From positions 434,001 through 498,000 of the forward strand of contig NC_089435.1 of assembly GCF_026210795.1 (NCBI RefSeq): DNA of 64,000 bases, read 5' to 3'. Shown piece by piece: positions 13,442-28,261 of the stretch. The translations under genes were made by a program, and so were the position numbers. Below the pieces are notes generated by a model. It did not search any database. It saw nothing but the letters and a program-made list of their open reading frames with translations, and was not told the DNA's origin. Positions within the stretch are counted from its first letter, which is position 1, and each line of letters opens with the position of its first letter. The DNA is from Rhizophagus irregularis. Lineage: Eukaryota.

Positions 13442-13959
13442 ATATATGGATTATATAAATTCTATGAAGGTTTTCAAAAAAAAAAAAAATAATGCTTTTA
13501 TTCGTAACCTATCACAACATATACGAAGCTTTGTATTACTTTTGTGTTACGTTTATTTTACATATGTACTAACATAATAAATGATCGACGTTCAAAATAA
13601 TGACGTAAAAAAAAAATATAATAAAAAAAACTTGGTCATATTTAGATTACTTTGTATGAATTAATCTGAATTGTGTAATCTCCATCAAATCTATTAGAAT
13701 TATGTCATTTTATAGTTAAAACTAAACGCCAATCATTTTCGTAGACTACCATGAAAATGACGTTAGTGATCAGGTGTAAATATCCTTGATAAGACGGAAC
13801 GATTTTTAAAAAATATTATAATTTAGATTTAAAAAGATAAAAATAACTTAATTTTTGATATTATTTATTAATTATTTTTATCTTAAAAAATTTTTATCAC
13901 GAATAAAATTATGGGAAATCAGAGAGCTGATCTGCATGGCAAACAATCACATGTATACT

Positions 13960-14661
13960 TAGGGTTGGATCGGTCCTAGCAAAGACCGGTCCTGCATCAG
14001 TCTTGGGACCAGTCTTCACGGTCTTCGGTCTGAAATCTGAGGACCGGTCCAGACCGAAGACCGATCCCATATTATTAATATCCAATAAAAATGAGCCAAT
14101 TTTTGTGCTCATCTACTTCTAGGGCACAGTTTTTGCCAAAACCAATTGTCAGTTCAGTTTTTAACGTTTTCGCAATGTTTTTTATTAAAAAAAACGTGCA
14201 AAACTTTTTTTTCGTGAAATTATTAATAAAAAACGTTTTTGCAACGTTTCCTATTAATAAAATAATTAAAAAAACGTATGAAAACGTTTTTTTTTATTAA
14301 ATTGCTTAATAAAAAACGTTGCAAAACGTAAATTACTTAATAAAAATGTTTTCGCAACGTTGTTTGTTAAAATAATTAAAAACGTTTGCGAAAAACGTTT
14401 TTTTTTATGAACTTATTAATAAAAAACATTTTCGCAACATTTTCTATTAAAATAATTAAAAAACGTTGCGAAATGTTTTTTATTTGTTAAATTACATATT
14501 AAAAAACGTTTCACAACGTTCTTTAATGTTTTAGCATAGTTTAGAGGTCTAAAAATCATTTCTTTAAATTTAATCAGTCCGGTCCCGGTCCGGTCCGGTC
14601 CAGGTTGAAAGACCGGTCTTTTTGGGACTGGACCGGACTGGACCAGACCGATCCAACCCTA
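13960..14661. mobile_element. hAT-family MITE
   Basis: TIR tagggttggatcggtc / gaccgatccaacccta; 8-bp TSD tgtatact/tgtataat (1 mismatch); GACCG subterminal repeats; AACGTT-rich core. Confidence 0.85.
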
Positions 14662-14708
14662 TGTATAATCCTCACGTGATTCTAGCTGACCAATCAGGAA
14701 TGGTCAAG

Positions 14709-17475
14709 CCCTATAAGAAATATGTATACGGAAAGGATACGTTTTGTATACATTTTATGTACGTTTCTATAGATTCCGTATACAAATTCCGTATATTTAA
14801 TAAGCAATTCATTTTTGAACATTTTTTAAAAAAACTAATGTATAAGAAATGTATACGGAAAAAATTAATCATGCGGAATGTATATGGAATTTTTAAACTT
14901 TTATTTTTATTTTATTTTTATTTTTAAAATACGGACACGACTGGGGTCGAACGCTAAATAGGAATAAACATGATCTAAAAGAACAATAAATTCTAAGCTA
15001 ATGTTAAACCCAACCTCTCAGGAGGAGCCCGAAGGGGTCGTCTTACCCACAGAGATTTAGGGACCCACGCATAGCGTGGACCCCCTAAATCTGCTCTCAT
15101 ACCAGTACCCACCTTATGCAATGGTAGTTCGTTTCTATACAAAGTCCCTAAGGACCCGCCGCCCATGTACACTACACTAGGTATGAGCCGACTGCAATGT
15201 ATCCAAGGCTCACGCAAATTGGTGGACCACCATAGGTGGTTAGTACTCCTGCCCGCACTATTATATCCCCATAGGGGCCTATATCGGGTACCAAGATGCT
15301 TTAACAGAGTCATAGGACCATCTGGCATATCGGATATGCTGGAACCGCAGTACGGGGCCACTATCCCTTGGTTATATCTGAAGTCAAATGACCATTTCTA
15401 GGACTCGCCATACCAGTCTACCAATGATCACATCTACCACCTTACCATTCGGTAGGCATCATTTCAGCTCCCCCTATAAACCCTTACTTTGATGAGTTTG
15501 ATCTTCCGATCTTCCTTTCTGTCTTGTTTTCTCTTGTCTTATTTTTGTTATTTTTTCTAAATTTTTCTTCTTTTTCGTCACCCCCCTTTTAAAAAAAAAT
15601 TTTTTTTTTCGTACCTCACTTTAAAAATTTTTCTTTTTCATCACTCTCCTTTAAAAAAAAATTTTTTTTCATCACTCCCTTAAAAAAAAAAATTTTTTTG
15701 ATTTTATTCTTTTATTCCCACTCTTCTAAAAATTTTCTTCTTTCTATTTCTATTTCCTCTTATAAAAAATTTTTTATTTTTCTAACTTTGACGTCCTCCC
15801 TTTAAAAAAAAAATTTTTTTTAACTCTCCTAACTTCGTTACCCTCTTTTTAAAAAAATATTTTTTTTTGATTTATTCTTTATTCCCTTTCTTTTTTATTT
15901 ATATTTATCCCTTTTTTTATTTCATAGGCCAGCAGATTTTTTTTTGTGAGAAGATTCAATTTTTTTGTATATCAGTTTGGGAGTCCTTTCCTTTTCCCTA
16001 TAAGAAATATGTATACGGAAAGGATACGTTTTGTATACATTTTATGCACGTTTCTATAGATTCCATATACAAATTCCGTATAATTAATAAGCAATTCATT
16101 TTTGAACATTTTTTTAAAAAACTAATGTATACGGAAAAAATTAATCATACGGAATGTATACGGAATTTTTAAACTTAATATTTTTAGAAAATAATTTTAC
16201 AAAAATCTCGTATCATAACACGAGATCACGTGATTGTTTATTGTTTTGTTATGATACGTTTTTTGTTTTTATATAAACCCTTACTTTGATGAGTTTGATC
16301 TTCCGATCTTCCTTTCTGCCTTTCCCTTCCTTCTCTTTTCTCTTGTCTTATTTTTGTTATTTTTTTTAAATTTTTCTTCTTTTTTCGTCATCCCCCTTTT
16401 AAAAAAAAATTTTTTTTTGATTTTATTCTTTTATTCCCACTCTTCTTTTTTTTAAAAAAAATTTCTTCTTTCTATTTCTATTTCCTCTTTATAAAAAATT
16501 TTTATTTTTCTAACTTTGACGTCCTCCCTTTAAAAAAAAAATTTTTTTTAACTTTCCTAATTTCGTTACTCTCTTTTTAAAAAAATTTTTTTTTTGATTT
16601 ATTCTTTATTCCCCTTTCTTTTTTATTTATATTTATCCTTTTTTTTATTTTATAGGCCAGCAGATTTTTTTTTGTGAGAAGATTCAGTTTCTTTTTTTCT
16701 TTTTTGTAGATCAGTTTGGGAGTCCTTTCCTTTTTGTAGGATTGTTCAGGATTTTTTTCTTTTTTTAGGTCAGTTCAAATTTTCTTTTTTTTTTTTTGTA
16801 AGTTGGGTTCAGATTCTTTTATTTTTGTAGGTTGTTTCAGTTTTGTTGCTTTAGAGTCTTCTTTTTTTGTAGGTCAGTTTTGGATTTATTTTGTTGTTTT
16901 GGTTTCTTTTTCATCAGATGCTTTCATTTATGTAGGTCAGACATTCTGGAGTTCTCTTTCTTTTTTTGTAGGAATGCTGACCTTTGGTGACTTGGACGAT
17001 TGCAGATACTATATGAAGGGGGGTTTTTTTTTTCCAATTAAGTTAGACATTCTTATGTTTCTTTTTTTTGTTTTTTTTAGGTTGTTTGACTCTAAATGAA
17101 CCTGAACTTATAGATAATTTTGGTTGCAATAGGTGGCCTTAATAAGGAGGGAATTTTCATAATGTATTTGTATTTTGTTTATTTTTTATTTTTTATTTAA
17201 TTTAATAAAGTAAAATTAGATTTATGTAAATATAATTATAGTAAACTGTAATACAAATAGTAAATTCAGTGACCAAATCGTATAAATTTCGTGGTAAAAT
17301 CAGTGATCAAATCATGTAAATTCCATATGAATTCCATGCAAATTCCGTATCCAAACCATATTTTTAGTGATACGGAATTGTGCATTTTTCCGTATCCTAT
17401 TATGATACGTTATTTCTAAGGAAAAAAAATCGTATAAAAACTTTATAAAAAACGTATCCCAATTTTTTTATAGGG
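14709..17475. mobile_element. Non-autonomous CMC/EnSpm-like DNA element with internal tandem duplication
   Basis: Ends ccctataa...ttataggg with 3-bp TSD aag (14706-14708, 17476-17478); ATACG subterminal repeats. The left end is repeated at 15996, and 15475-15995 duplicates ~16272-16735. Confidence 0.6.
14900..15475 (-). mobile_element. 5'-truncated copy of the structured RNA retro-module (SINE-like)
   Basis: Close reverse-complement match to 33630-34190, ending in a (TAAAAA)n tail at ~14927-14900; inserted inside the CMC-like element. Confidence 0.75.
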
Positions 17476-17904
17476 AAGCCAAATGATAAATTATTTAAAA
17501 AGATTTTACAAAAAAAAATATGTAAGATAATGGTAATGTTAAATAAGGTGTTAAAAATTTTTTTTCATTTCCTAGCCTTATAATAATATATTTGTATGAA
17601 TCAGAACCCAAATAAATTTTTTTTTCCATAATAGCAATTTCATAGATAACACGAGACCGACAGTATCAATTTTTAATTGATGGAAAAACAAATGATGTAT
17701 ATTCAAAAAAGTCCAGAATTATTAAACCAAAGCAGTTAAAAAATTGATAAAAAACTATAAATAATATTTATTACCAAAAAAAAGGATGATCCGAAAAAAT
17801 CGTCTACATTTACGCAGCGTAAAGGGAAAATCTATTTATATCAGCCTTTTTTATTATCAAATGTAACTTATTTAAAATTTTTAATTTGCCAGCCAACTCA
17901 TATA

Positions 17905-18379
17905 CACAGCCAAATTCGATAAACCAGATCTTTGATAAACCGGATTTGGGCCTAACCCAGACTTTTTTGCTGGAACCAAATCACGTATATTAAAATAGTT
18001 TCAATATACCGGAGTTTAGTAAAAGCTCGATATTTGCTATTACGGATCAATTTTCTAACCATAGTAAAAATGATAAACCGGATCCCGTGATCATGAACCA
18101 ATAAAATTTAAGTAACGTGATGCGGTAAATCAGAAATTTTGGCCAGAATTATAAAAATCTTATTCTGGCTGAAGTTATATATATTCTTATGTTCATTTTC
18201 ATGACCTCTATGGCTTAAAACTAAGATGAAAAAATCAAAATATAGTGTATTGATATTAGTTTTATTAGCATGAAAAATTCAGTATAATAGATTTCAATAC
18301 ATCGAAATTTTTTCGCTATACCAGATATCCGGATATTTTTAATGGAACCGATAGATCCGGTTTATCGAATTTCACTGTG
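17905..18379. mobile_element. MITE with TA flanks
   Basis: ta|cacagccaaattcgataaacc ... ggtttatcgaatttcactgtg|ta. Confidence 0.7.
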
Positions 18380-19662
18380 TAATAAGAATATTATTTATAT
18401 ATATATATATATATATAATTATAATTATTAATAGGTAATTATTTTTAGAAGGCCTTACATGCAAATCGTTCTTAAAAAAGATCAATAAAAATGGTAAATA
18501 ATTTATATTTAAATCCATTCCAGGCCTAAAAAAACGAATGTATTGTTAACAAAAATAAAGCAATTACTAACAGAATACTGTACATAAATGATCATTCGAT
18601 TTTTTTAAGTAAAAAAAATAAAATGAAATGAAACATTATTAGTAATATTAATTCCTATTGGTCACCGCAGTATTCCTAATGATTGAACTATAACTCAGTT
18701 ATTGCATTATTAGATGGGGATATCGGTCTTCGACCGGTATCTCTATCCTCTCATCCAATAACTATTTAATAATTAAGCAACTTTAAAAAATATTTAAGCT
18801 AATATTTTTTTTCCCGACATAGTAGGCCACTCATGTACTCTGGAAGTTTATCAAATTTTATATTGCGCACATTTATGAATAATGCGTTTTCTAAATAAAG
18901 AGATTTTTCTTAGTAAGATCGAAAAAGGGATTAAATTTTTTTTATATTAAAAGTAAAATAAATTTCATCTTAATACCTTTTTTGCTTTCTATGATAACAA
19001 ATATAAGTATTAGTGCTCTTTACTCATATTAAAATTTACCATTTATAATACATTATTTAAATTTACCACTTTTAAACTTACAAAGTCTGTCAGTGGCACG
19101 CGTAAGTATGATAATATACATATATATAATAAAACGCCACGTTTAAAGCGATTCCTATCAAAAATCTATATTACGCACTATTCTAAATTAATGTTTTGAA
19201 ATTTTTTCACGCTCTTGCCTGTCTCCCTCTTCGTTAACGCGTTTATTTTTGTCTTTCACAATTTCTTCAGGCGCTGCATTTTTTTGGAAGACGGGAGTTA
19301 AAGTCACTATCAAGCTTATTAAATTGTTAAAAACTTCCTCTTTTGTTTGTGTAAGAAAGGAATAATTAAACGTTGATCGGTTACAAGATTTATTACATAC
19401 AGTACATTTAAATGTAATTTTTTCTTTGCAAAATAAATATTTTATTTAATCCATTAAAGAAGTAACGTTAAATAAATAAATAAAATATCAAATAGTTGAT
19501 TTTCAAATTTATTTATAGGGCTTTATATACTAAGATATAAAATAGTGTTAAGAGGATAAATATAAACACAAAAAAAAAATTTGAAACAGTATATTTTACG
19601 ACAAATTCGAGAAAAAATAGAGATAATTGCATATATTAAATTGCGAAACTTAAGTAATGATA

Positions 19663-21774
19663 TCAATCTAATCTTCCAAAGTTATACTTAGTCGCAATAG
19701 ATGCAAATTTATTTGGAACTTGAGTATTTTTTCCGAGAAATGAATCAAAAGAATTAATAAACGTATAAGGAAATGGAATTTCACGTCCAGTTGGTTGAGA
19801 AACATCATCGAGTCTTTTCATTTGTTCAGGTGTCAATCTGAAAATAGTTTATAGTTAAAAAACAATTTTTTTTTTTTTAATAAAATAAAGAAAAAGGTTT
19901 GTTGGATAATAATCACTTACTTGAATTCAAGTGATTTAAGATTTTCTTCGAGTTGAGTAACTGTTTTAGCACCAATAATAGGAGAAGTAATACCAGGTTT
20001 TTGTTGAATCCAATTCGTGGCAACCTATTCATATAAAAAGAAAAAAAAATAAATTTATTAAAAATTATATATAATATTTAAAGATTGAATATAAATAATT
20101 ACCTGAACAGGAGATCTGTTAATTTCTTTTGAAATAGCAATAACTTTATCTAAAATCTCCCAATTTTTTTCATATCTTGAATGATTTTGAACTGATAGAC
20201 TGCGATATTCTTCCATCATTTTCGATTCGTCACCAAGGTTTGTACTTGATTGAGTTTTGGTTGATTCTCTCGTATATTTTCCGGTAAGAAAACTATTTAT
20301 ATAAAACCATTACCATATTATTTTTATATTTATGAAAGATAAGTAGCATCAATATATAAATGATTAATTACCCTTCTGCTAAGATAGCCCATGGAATAAT
20401 TCCAACCTAAAAAAAAATTTTTTATTAAATGTCATGTGGTTCAGGTGAATTATGAACGTGAATTAAATTTATAAAACATACTTCATGTTCAGCACAAGCT
20501 GGTTGTAAGTCAAATTCTAATGAACGATCCAACAAATTATAGCGCGATTGAAGTCCGATGAAAGGGCTAAATACGGTTATTAAATATATGTTAACCTAAA
20601 AATTCATCTTTATTATTTACAAGATATTGCAATTTCGTACCTCCATCCACGTAATTCGGCAAGAGTATTTGAACGAGAAAGTGCCCAAGCTGGAATATCG
20701 CTTACGGCAACGTACAAAGCCTATTGTTTTTTTAAAATATTTATTTATAAAAAAAACTTATTTAAATGAATGGTTTAAGACATTGTTACCTTTCCACTTC
20801 GAACGATGTCATCTAATGATCTCATATATTCTTCAATTGGAGTTCGATACTCATAAACATGAACATATAGAATATCAACGTAACTCATGTTCAATCGTTT
20901 CAAGCTACCATCTAAATTTTCTACAAGACTCTTTCGATGATTTCCTCCTATATTTTCAATAGTTGAATTTTCATTTATTATCAACTAATGTAAAAATATT
21001 TAATACTATGTATTAATTGTATTATGAATAGTTGACTAACTTACCGAGATTCGGATTGAATCTCTTATCCTTTTGCATAACAGTCATATTACCTAAGAAT
21101 TAAATCGAAATTATTATTTATTCAAAATTTGAATAATGTCACGTACTAGACGTCTCATGATTCATACACGAATATTTTGTTGCAATCACAACATCGGATC
21201 GTTTATCGGAAATATAATCTCCAAGGAAACGTTCACTCTAATTATTTATATTAATGAATATTAGTATTGAATTAATTAAAAAATATTGTTTTTTTTATAT
21301 AACTTACTTCACCATTATTATAAGTACAGGCGGTATCTAAAAGATATACTTGTTATTAGATTTTTTTAATTGATTTCGTGATAAAAAAAAATAATAAATA
21401 AAAATTACCAAAGAAATTTCCACCCTTCTCATAATAAAGGTCAAAAATTTTTTTCGATTCTTCTTTATTAGAACCTCCCTATTTTTATGGTAAATATACA
21501 AAATTATCTTTCTTTCCTTTTTTTTTATTAATTCAATTCGAATTAATATTGTAAGAAAACTTACCCATGTTTCTCCAAAAGTCTTTATGCGTTAAATAAA
21601 ACATAGTATTACAAATACTTAATTATAATTTGATCAAATTTACGAATAATTTATGAATAATCTTACCATAGTACCAAGACATAACGGAGAAACTCTCAAT
21701 CCACTACGACCTAATAGGACATAATCATCAAGAGCTTTAGTGGTTTTAACAGGAGAAGTAGAATCTTGAGCCAT
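19663..21774 (-). CDS. Aldo-keto reductase (aryl-alcohol-dehydrogenase/AKR9-like), copy 1, 13 exons
   Basis: MAQDSTSP...LGRSGLRVSPLCLGTM|TFGETW|...GGNFF|DTACTY|...VIATKY...GNHRKSL...DILYVH...RSGK|ALYVAVSD...GFLTGKY; catalytic D, Y, K, H present; stop TGA at 19665-19663. Confidence 0.9.
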
Positions 21775-22070
21775 TTCTTTCAAAAATGAATAAAAATTTC
21801 AACTTCGTTGACCCATAGTATTTATATCTTTTGGATTCTGATTGTATTAATGACTGACTTCTGAAACGGTCCAGGTTTCGAACTTTTTTTCACTGTAACT
21901 ACTTTTTTAGATAAAATAAATTTCGAACTTTCTATCATTAGATAAACTAACTCATTCGGGAAAATATCTGTTAAGAAACTATACACAATCATAAATCCTT
22001 GACTCCGAATAATTCCGACATCATTACTATATGCTAACTAGTTTTGGAAATGTCACATTATTCGTATCAC

Positions 22071-22195
22071 TTATATCCTGGCTAATTAGGAATAAGTAAA
22101 TTTTACTATAATCGGATAAATGATCGGCCGATCGGTTATATTCCGATTCTAAGTACTGAAGTAAAGTTTTTACTATTTCATTAGCCAGGATATAA
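22071..22195. mobile_element. Small MITE/hairpin element
   Basis: TIR ttatatcctggctaat / attagccaggatataa. Confidence 0.6.
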
Positions 22196-24031
22196 TTGAT
22201 TTATCCCCTGCCATTTACACAATAGTAAGTGTTTAGACAATAGTAAGTATTTACACAATATTAAGTGTTTTATAATATATCATGAGTATATCTTATTGTT
22301 GAATCAAATTTTCTTTCGTTTTCATTTAAAAAGATTTTTAAAAAATAATTAAACTTTAAAAGGCTTCGGAACTATTTCCATTACACTTGAAAAATAATAT
22401 TGAGATTACGAATAAGATAAAAGAAAGTTTTTCTCATTTGGAAAATACAAATTTTTCTGAATTACTCAAATTTTCAAATCCGTCTATTATTGTATAATCA
22501 ATAGTTAATTTTACTGCAAAATCTTTTAGAAACGGATAAATAAATATACCGATCGGGGATAATTAATAATAAAACCTGTTTGTTGTTCAATCCAATTACT
22601 TAAATGATTAAAGTTTAATTAACATAAGTCGTACGCACACGCAATCGTAATTTCCGTAATGCAATTTGGCTGATTTGCATAATTCTATAAATCGATGCAA
22701 CTATATATATTACGCAATCACAAGAAATAGATTTATCAGAGGGAGCTATATTAAAAGGCTTTATCATTATAGAACCACATGATTTTATTTTTTTTTTGTT
22801 AATAAATATCAGTTGTTACAATTAATCTTTAAAATAAGCATAAATTAAGTAAATTTAAATATCAATGAGATATTTTTGCAGCGTAGTTCATCAAAGTACG
22901 TGATACCCAGATTTTATCATGATGTTTCTCTGCTTATGGTATGGCCCCATCCTAAATACTGCATCTATATATTCTGCGACAGATCTTATTTTAGAATGAT
23001 CTTTTTTTTCATTTCTACTAAGTTAAAATGAGATAAAAAATTTTTTTTAGAATAATCATATTTTCAATTGATTCATCTAAATTGAGTATTATGGTTAAAA
23101 AAGTTAATCTATAAAAATACGCAGTTCTAGATGTGATTTAATGCATTTCAGGATATGATCGTCAATTCGGGTACAAAAATTTTTCTCGCATTTTACCGTA
23201 ACTCCGATGATCAACTAACGTAAAATCCCGAAAATGAGCATATGATAAATTTACAAATTCTAATTCATTAAGAAATGGTTTTATCAAATTTTTTATATTA
23301 CACAAATTACTACTTTTCTATTTATGGTTTCGCCATTCATTCACTTTACTTTTCACCCGTTTTTCCATATCGTGTTACAACTTATATTTTACATTTAACG
23401 TTCTGTATATACACGTACCTTTAACTCGTTTCTAAATATGACATTCCCCATTTTTTGGTCTCCAGTCTAATGTGTTACCAAATAAACCGACATAGTTTAA
23501 ATACGTTATTAATTTTATAAAAATTTATTCAGTATATTTAAAAATAACTAGCTCATAGTGTCTATATACCTTTTTCACTAATACAAAATAATTATATATA
23601 TTATCTAACGATTATCTAACATTTTATTTCTTTAATACAATTATATACGCTGGCCTGCAATAATATTTAAAATTTAAAATTTTTTGAAACGAAAAAATAA
23701 AATAAATTTGTTATAATTTTCCCGACAGAGATCTTTCGTTCTCCAGGTTAATAAATGGTCAAATTGGCAAGCGAGGCTTCATTAGGTCAAAAAATATTTT
23801 TGAATAAATTATCTTAATTTAATAGATGCAATAATTATATTTTTCATTGTACATTTTGATTTATTAAATAAAAAAATTACAATATATTTAAATCTTTAAT
23901 GTCAAAAGTATCGAGTAAAAAATATATTATTTAAACTTAGTTTATTCTTTAAACCTTACACTTATTTGAATTTGAAAAAAAATAATTGAAGACATAAATA
24001 TACAATATTCAAAAACATTCTCATTAATACT

Positions 24032-26184
24032 TTAATCTAATCTTCCAAAATTATATGTAGTCGAAATAGGTGCAAATTTATTTGGAACTTGTATATTTTT
24101 TCCAATAAATGTATCAAATTGGTCATGATATGAATAAGGAAATGGAATTTCACGTCCAGTTGGTTGAGAAACATCATCAAGTCTTTTCATTTGTTCAGGT
24201 GTCAATCTGAAAATAATTTATTCGCATTAAAAAAAAAACAATATTTTATAAAATAAAGAAAAATTTTTGCTGGATAATAATCACTTACTTGAATTCAAGT
24301 GATTTAAGATTATCTTCGAGTTGAGCAAATGTTCTAGCACCAATTATGGAAGAAGTAACCCCAGGTTTTTGTTGAATCCAATTCATGGCAACCTATTCAT
24401 ATATAAAAGAAAAAATTTATAAAAATTATATATGTATATAATATTAAAAAATTGAATATAAATTATTACCTGAGCGGGAGATCTGTTAATTTCTTTTGAA
24501 ATAGCAATAACTTCATCTAAAATTTCCCAATTTTTTTCAGATTTTGAATGACTTTGAATTGATAGACTGCGATATTCGTCTACCATTTTCGATTCGTTTT
24601 CAAACTTAGTAATTGAGTGAGATTTAGTTGATTCTCTCGTATATCTTCCGGTAAGAAAACTATTTATAAAAAAGAGTTATCAAATATTTACATTTTATAT
24701 TTATAAAAAAGGAATAGCATCAATGATTAATTACCCTTCTGCTACGATACCCCACGGGATGATTCCAACCTAAAAATTTTTTTAATTAAATACATAGTTC
24801 AAGTACGTGGATTAAATTTATAATACATACTTCGTGCTCGGCACAAGCTGTTTGTAAGTCAAATTCTAATGAACGATCCAACAAATTATAGCGTGTTTGA
24901 AGTCCAATGAAAGGGCTAATGATTATTATGACCGAAAAAAGAAGTTTGTTAACGCGTCGTAATATATGTTAACCTAAAAATTCATCTTTATTATTTACAA
25001 GATATTATTGTAATTTCGTACCTCCATCCACGTAATTCAGCAAGAGTATTTGAACGAGAAAGTGCCCAAGCTGGAATATCGCTTACGGCAACGTACAAAG
25101 CCTATTTTTTTAAAAAAATATTTATTTATAAAAAAAAACTTATTTTGAACGATTTAAGAAAATAATTTATTTACCTTTCCACTTCGAACGACGTCATCTA
25201 ATGCTCTCATATATTCTTCAATTGGAGTTCGATACTCGTAAACATGAACATATAAAATATCAACGTAACTCACGTTCAATCGTTTCAAGCTACCATCTAA
25301 ATTTTCTACAAGACTCTTTCGATGATTTCCTCCTATATTTTCAATAGTTGAATTTTCATTTATTATCAACTAATGTAAAAACATTTAATACTATGTATTA
25401 ATTATATTGTGAATAGTTGACTAACTTACCGAAATTCGGATTGAGTCTCTTATCCTTTTGCAAAGCAGTCGTATTACCTAAGAATTAAATTTCGAAAATT
25501 ATTAAAAAATTCAAAAAATTGGATGATGTTTTACATAAGACAGCTAATAATTTCATACACGAATATTTTGTTGCAATCACAACATCGGATCGTTTATCGG
25601 AAACATAATCTCCAAGAAAACGTTCACTCTAATCATTATATTAAATAAATATTAATATTGAATTAACTAGTAAAAAACATTTCTTTTTATATTTATTAAC
25701 TTACTTCAACAAACTGATAATTACAAGCGGTATCTATAAGATGTACTTGTTATTAAATTTTTTCTTAAAATAATGAATCGATTGATTGCGTAATAAAAAA
25801 AATATATAAATTACCAAAAAAATTTCCGCCTTTTTCATAATAAAGGTCAAAAAATTTTTTTGATTCTTCTTTATTTGAGCCTCCCTATTTTTACAGTGTT
25901 AATATTCATTTTCTTCTTTTTTTGTTAATCAATAAATTCGAATTAACATTACAAGTGACTTACCCATGTTTCTCCAAAAGTCTTATACGTTAAATAAAAC
26001 GTAACATATAATATAAATATTTATTATTTGGTCAAATTCACGAATAATTTAATATTTTTTTTATGAATAATCTTACCATAGCGCCAAGACATAACGGAGA
26101 AACTCTCAATCTGCTACGACCTAATAAGACGTAATCGTCAAGAGATTTAGTGGTTTTAACGGGAGAAGTAGAATCTTGAGCCAT
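24032..26184 (-). CDS. Aldo-keto reductase copy 2
   Basis: Same exon pattern as copy 1; some substitutions at conserved residues (SRLRVS, YQFVE, TSSII); no stop seen. Confidence 0.85.
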
Positions 26185-26982
26185 TTCTTTTAAAAATGAA
26201 TAAATATTTTGATAAAATTTCAACTTCGTAGACCCATAGTATTTATATTAATGATTGGTTTTACAATCAACGGTCCAAATTTTGAACTTATCTATTATTA
26301 GTTAGACTAACTCATTCAGAGAAATTATATTTTTTTCCAGATCTACTATTAATTAACTTAATTTGTATTAACTAATAAAACTTAACCTTTATAGGTTAAA
26401 CAATTTGCTCATTTACTCGTCCAAAATCAATTCCTTAAATTGTAAGCGAGTAAACATAAGTCGTTAGTCGTAAGCAACTATACGCAATCATAAATCCTTA
26501 ATTTTGTAATACAATTATGGATAATTTATTATTTGGCTTCCCGAAGACTATTTACGTATAAATAATGAATACGTAATCATTAATATACGTATTTTCGGAA
26601 TTTAAAAATGTCTCATTATTTGCATTTTTAATAATTAAAAATCTGTTTGTAGCATTTCACACATATTTCAATACTATAGTTAAAAATAGTTAAAATTTTT
26701 GAAGGGAAATAACTGATAGAACATTGGTTTAAACCTATCGATAAATTTAAGTTAAATAATAGAAGCCATTGATTAAATCCGTAATTCCGTAATACAATTA
26801 CGAATAATTGATAACGTATTCAATTCAAGCGAGTCGTAAGCAACTACACGCAATCATTAATTCTGTAATACAATTACGGATAAATTGGCTGATCTGTAAT
26901 TTCTAAATAAACACTTCTGATGCAACTATTACGCCAATCGTAATTCCGTAATACAATTACGAATAATTGGTGATCAACAATA

Positions 26983-27128
26983 CAGTAAATTTCCGAAAAT
27001 AAGCACCCTTTTATGTACGTAATTCCAGCCGAGCCCCATCATAATGTAGGCCAAAATTACTATAATTCTGGTAAGGAGTGCTTATTTTCGGGTGCTTATA
27101 TTCGGGTGCTTATATTCAGGACTTTACA
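26983..27128. mobile_element. Tc1/pogo-like MITE
   Basis: ta|cagtaaatttccgaaaataagcacc vs ggtgcttatattcaggactttaca; repeated ggtgcttatattc. Confidence 0.6.
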
Positions 27129-27344
27129 ATTAAATAAATTTTAATTCATTATAAACTGAATTTTTTAATATTACGCAAATTACTACTTTTCCATTTATGG
27201 TTTCGCCCTTTCGTTCATTCCATTTTTCCAATTTCGTCATATTGCATTACAACTTATACTGTATTTTGTCAAAGTCAAATTGAATCAGGATGATTTCCAT
27301 TGGTCCGATTTAACGAAGATTTTCAACTTTAATATCCATTTGCG

Positions 27345-27480
27345 CAGATCGTGTTAACTCATTTTGTTGAATACTCTTTGTGATTAGCTTGGAGTTAAGC
27401 ATCAGTTACTATTAAGCTGCCTATCACCCTCAAACTAACGGATTGGTTGAACGATTCAATCGAACGCTATGTGAAGCGCA
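27345..27480 (+). mobile_element. LTR-retrotransposon integrase (rve) relic
   Basis: Translates to ...LGVKH...AYHPQTNGLVERFNRTLCEA, the conserved integrase core motif, with stops/frameshifts. Confidence 0.8.
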
Positions 27481-28261
27481 TTACGAACATTCTTAAAATG
27501 ACTAGAACATAGGTTATTATCTCAGATTAAAGATTTATGCAGTTATATTTAAAAACAACTAACTCATTCAAATGATCTAAAGACAAGACGTAGAAAGTTA
27601 TGGAATATGAGACTGGCCAATACTGTATACATTTTTTCTCCAATACATATATACTATCTAACATTTTATTTCTTTAATATAAGTGTTCTGCTCTTTTTAA
27701 TAAAAAGAAACCAACGGTAACATTATTAGTTAACATCATTACTATTACTTTGGAACTGAAATGAATACTAGGAAAGCAGTAATAGCTAGAGTCTGTCACA
27801 TTTATTTACTCAGGATCTTTTATTATTACAACATTAAACAAAAAAAAAATCGATTACAAAAAATAGCAAATTATCAGTATTACAAAAAGGGATATGATTG
27901 AAAAAGGATTTTTGTTTAAATTTAAATGTCAAAAACGGTGCTAGTCCTAAGAATGTTATTATAAACGCTCTTCACGATTCGAATGCACTCCTTTTCTCAC
28001 ACAATATACTACCAAACCTAACTACAATATACCCTTCGCTGGAATAATGTCGATATCAATGGAAAAACTATGCACAATAATTTAAAATTATACCAAATTA
28101 TTTATTTAGTCGTGTTTACATGAAATCAATTCAATAAATTAATAAAATGAACAAATCGATTTATGACTTATGTAATATGTAATTACTATTTGTTGCTGAC
28201 TTAGCCAAGTCTTTTAAAAAACTTCTTGTCATCTGATCACCATGTTGAGATGCAGCGACAT

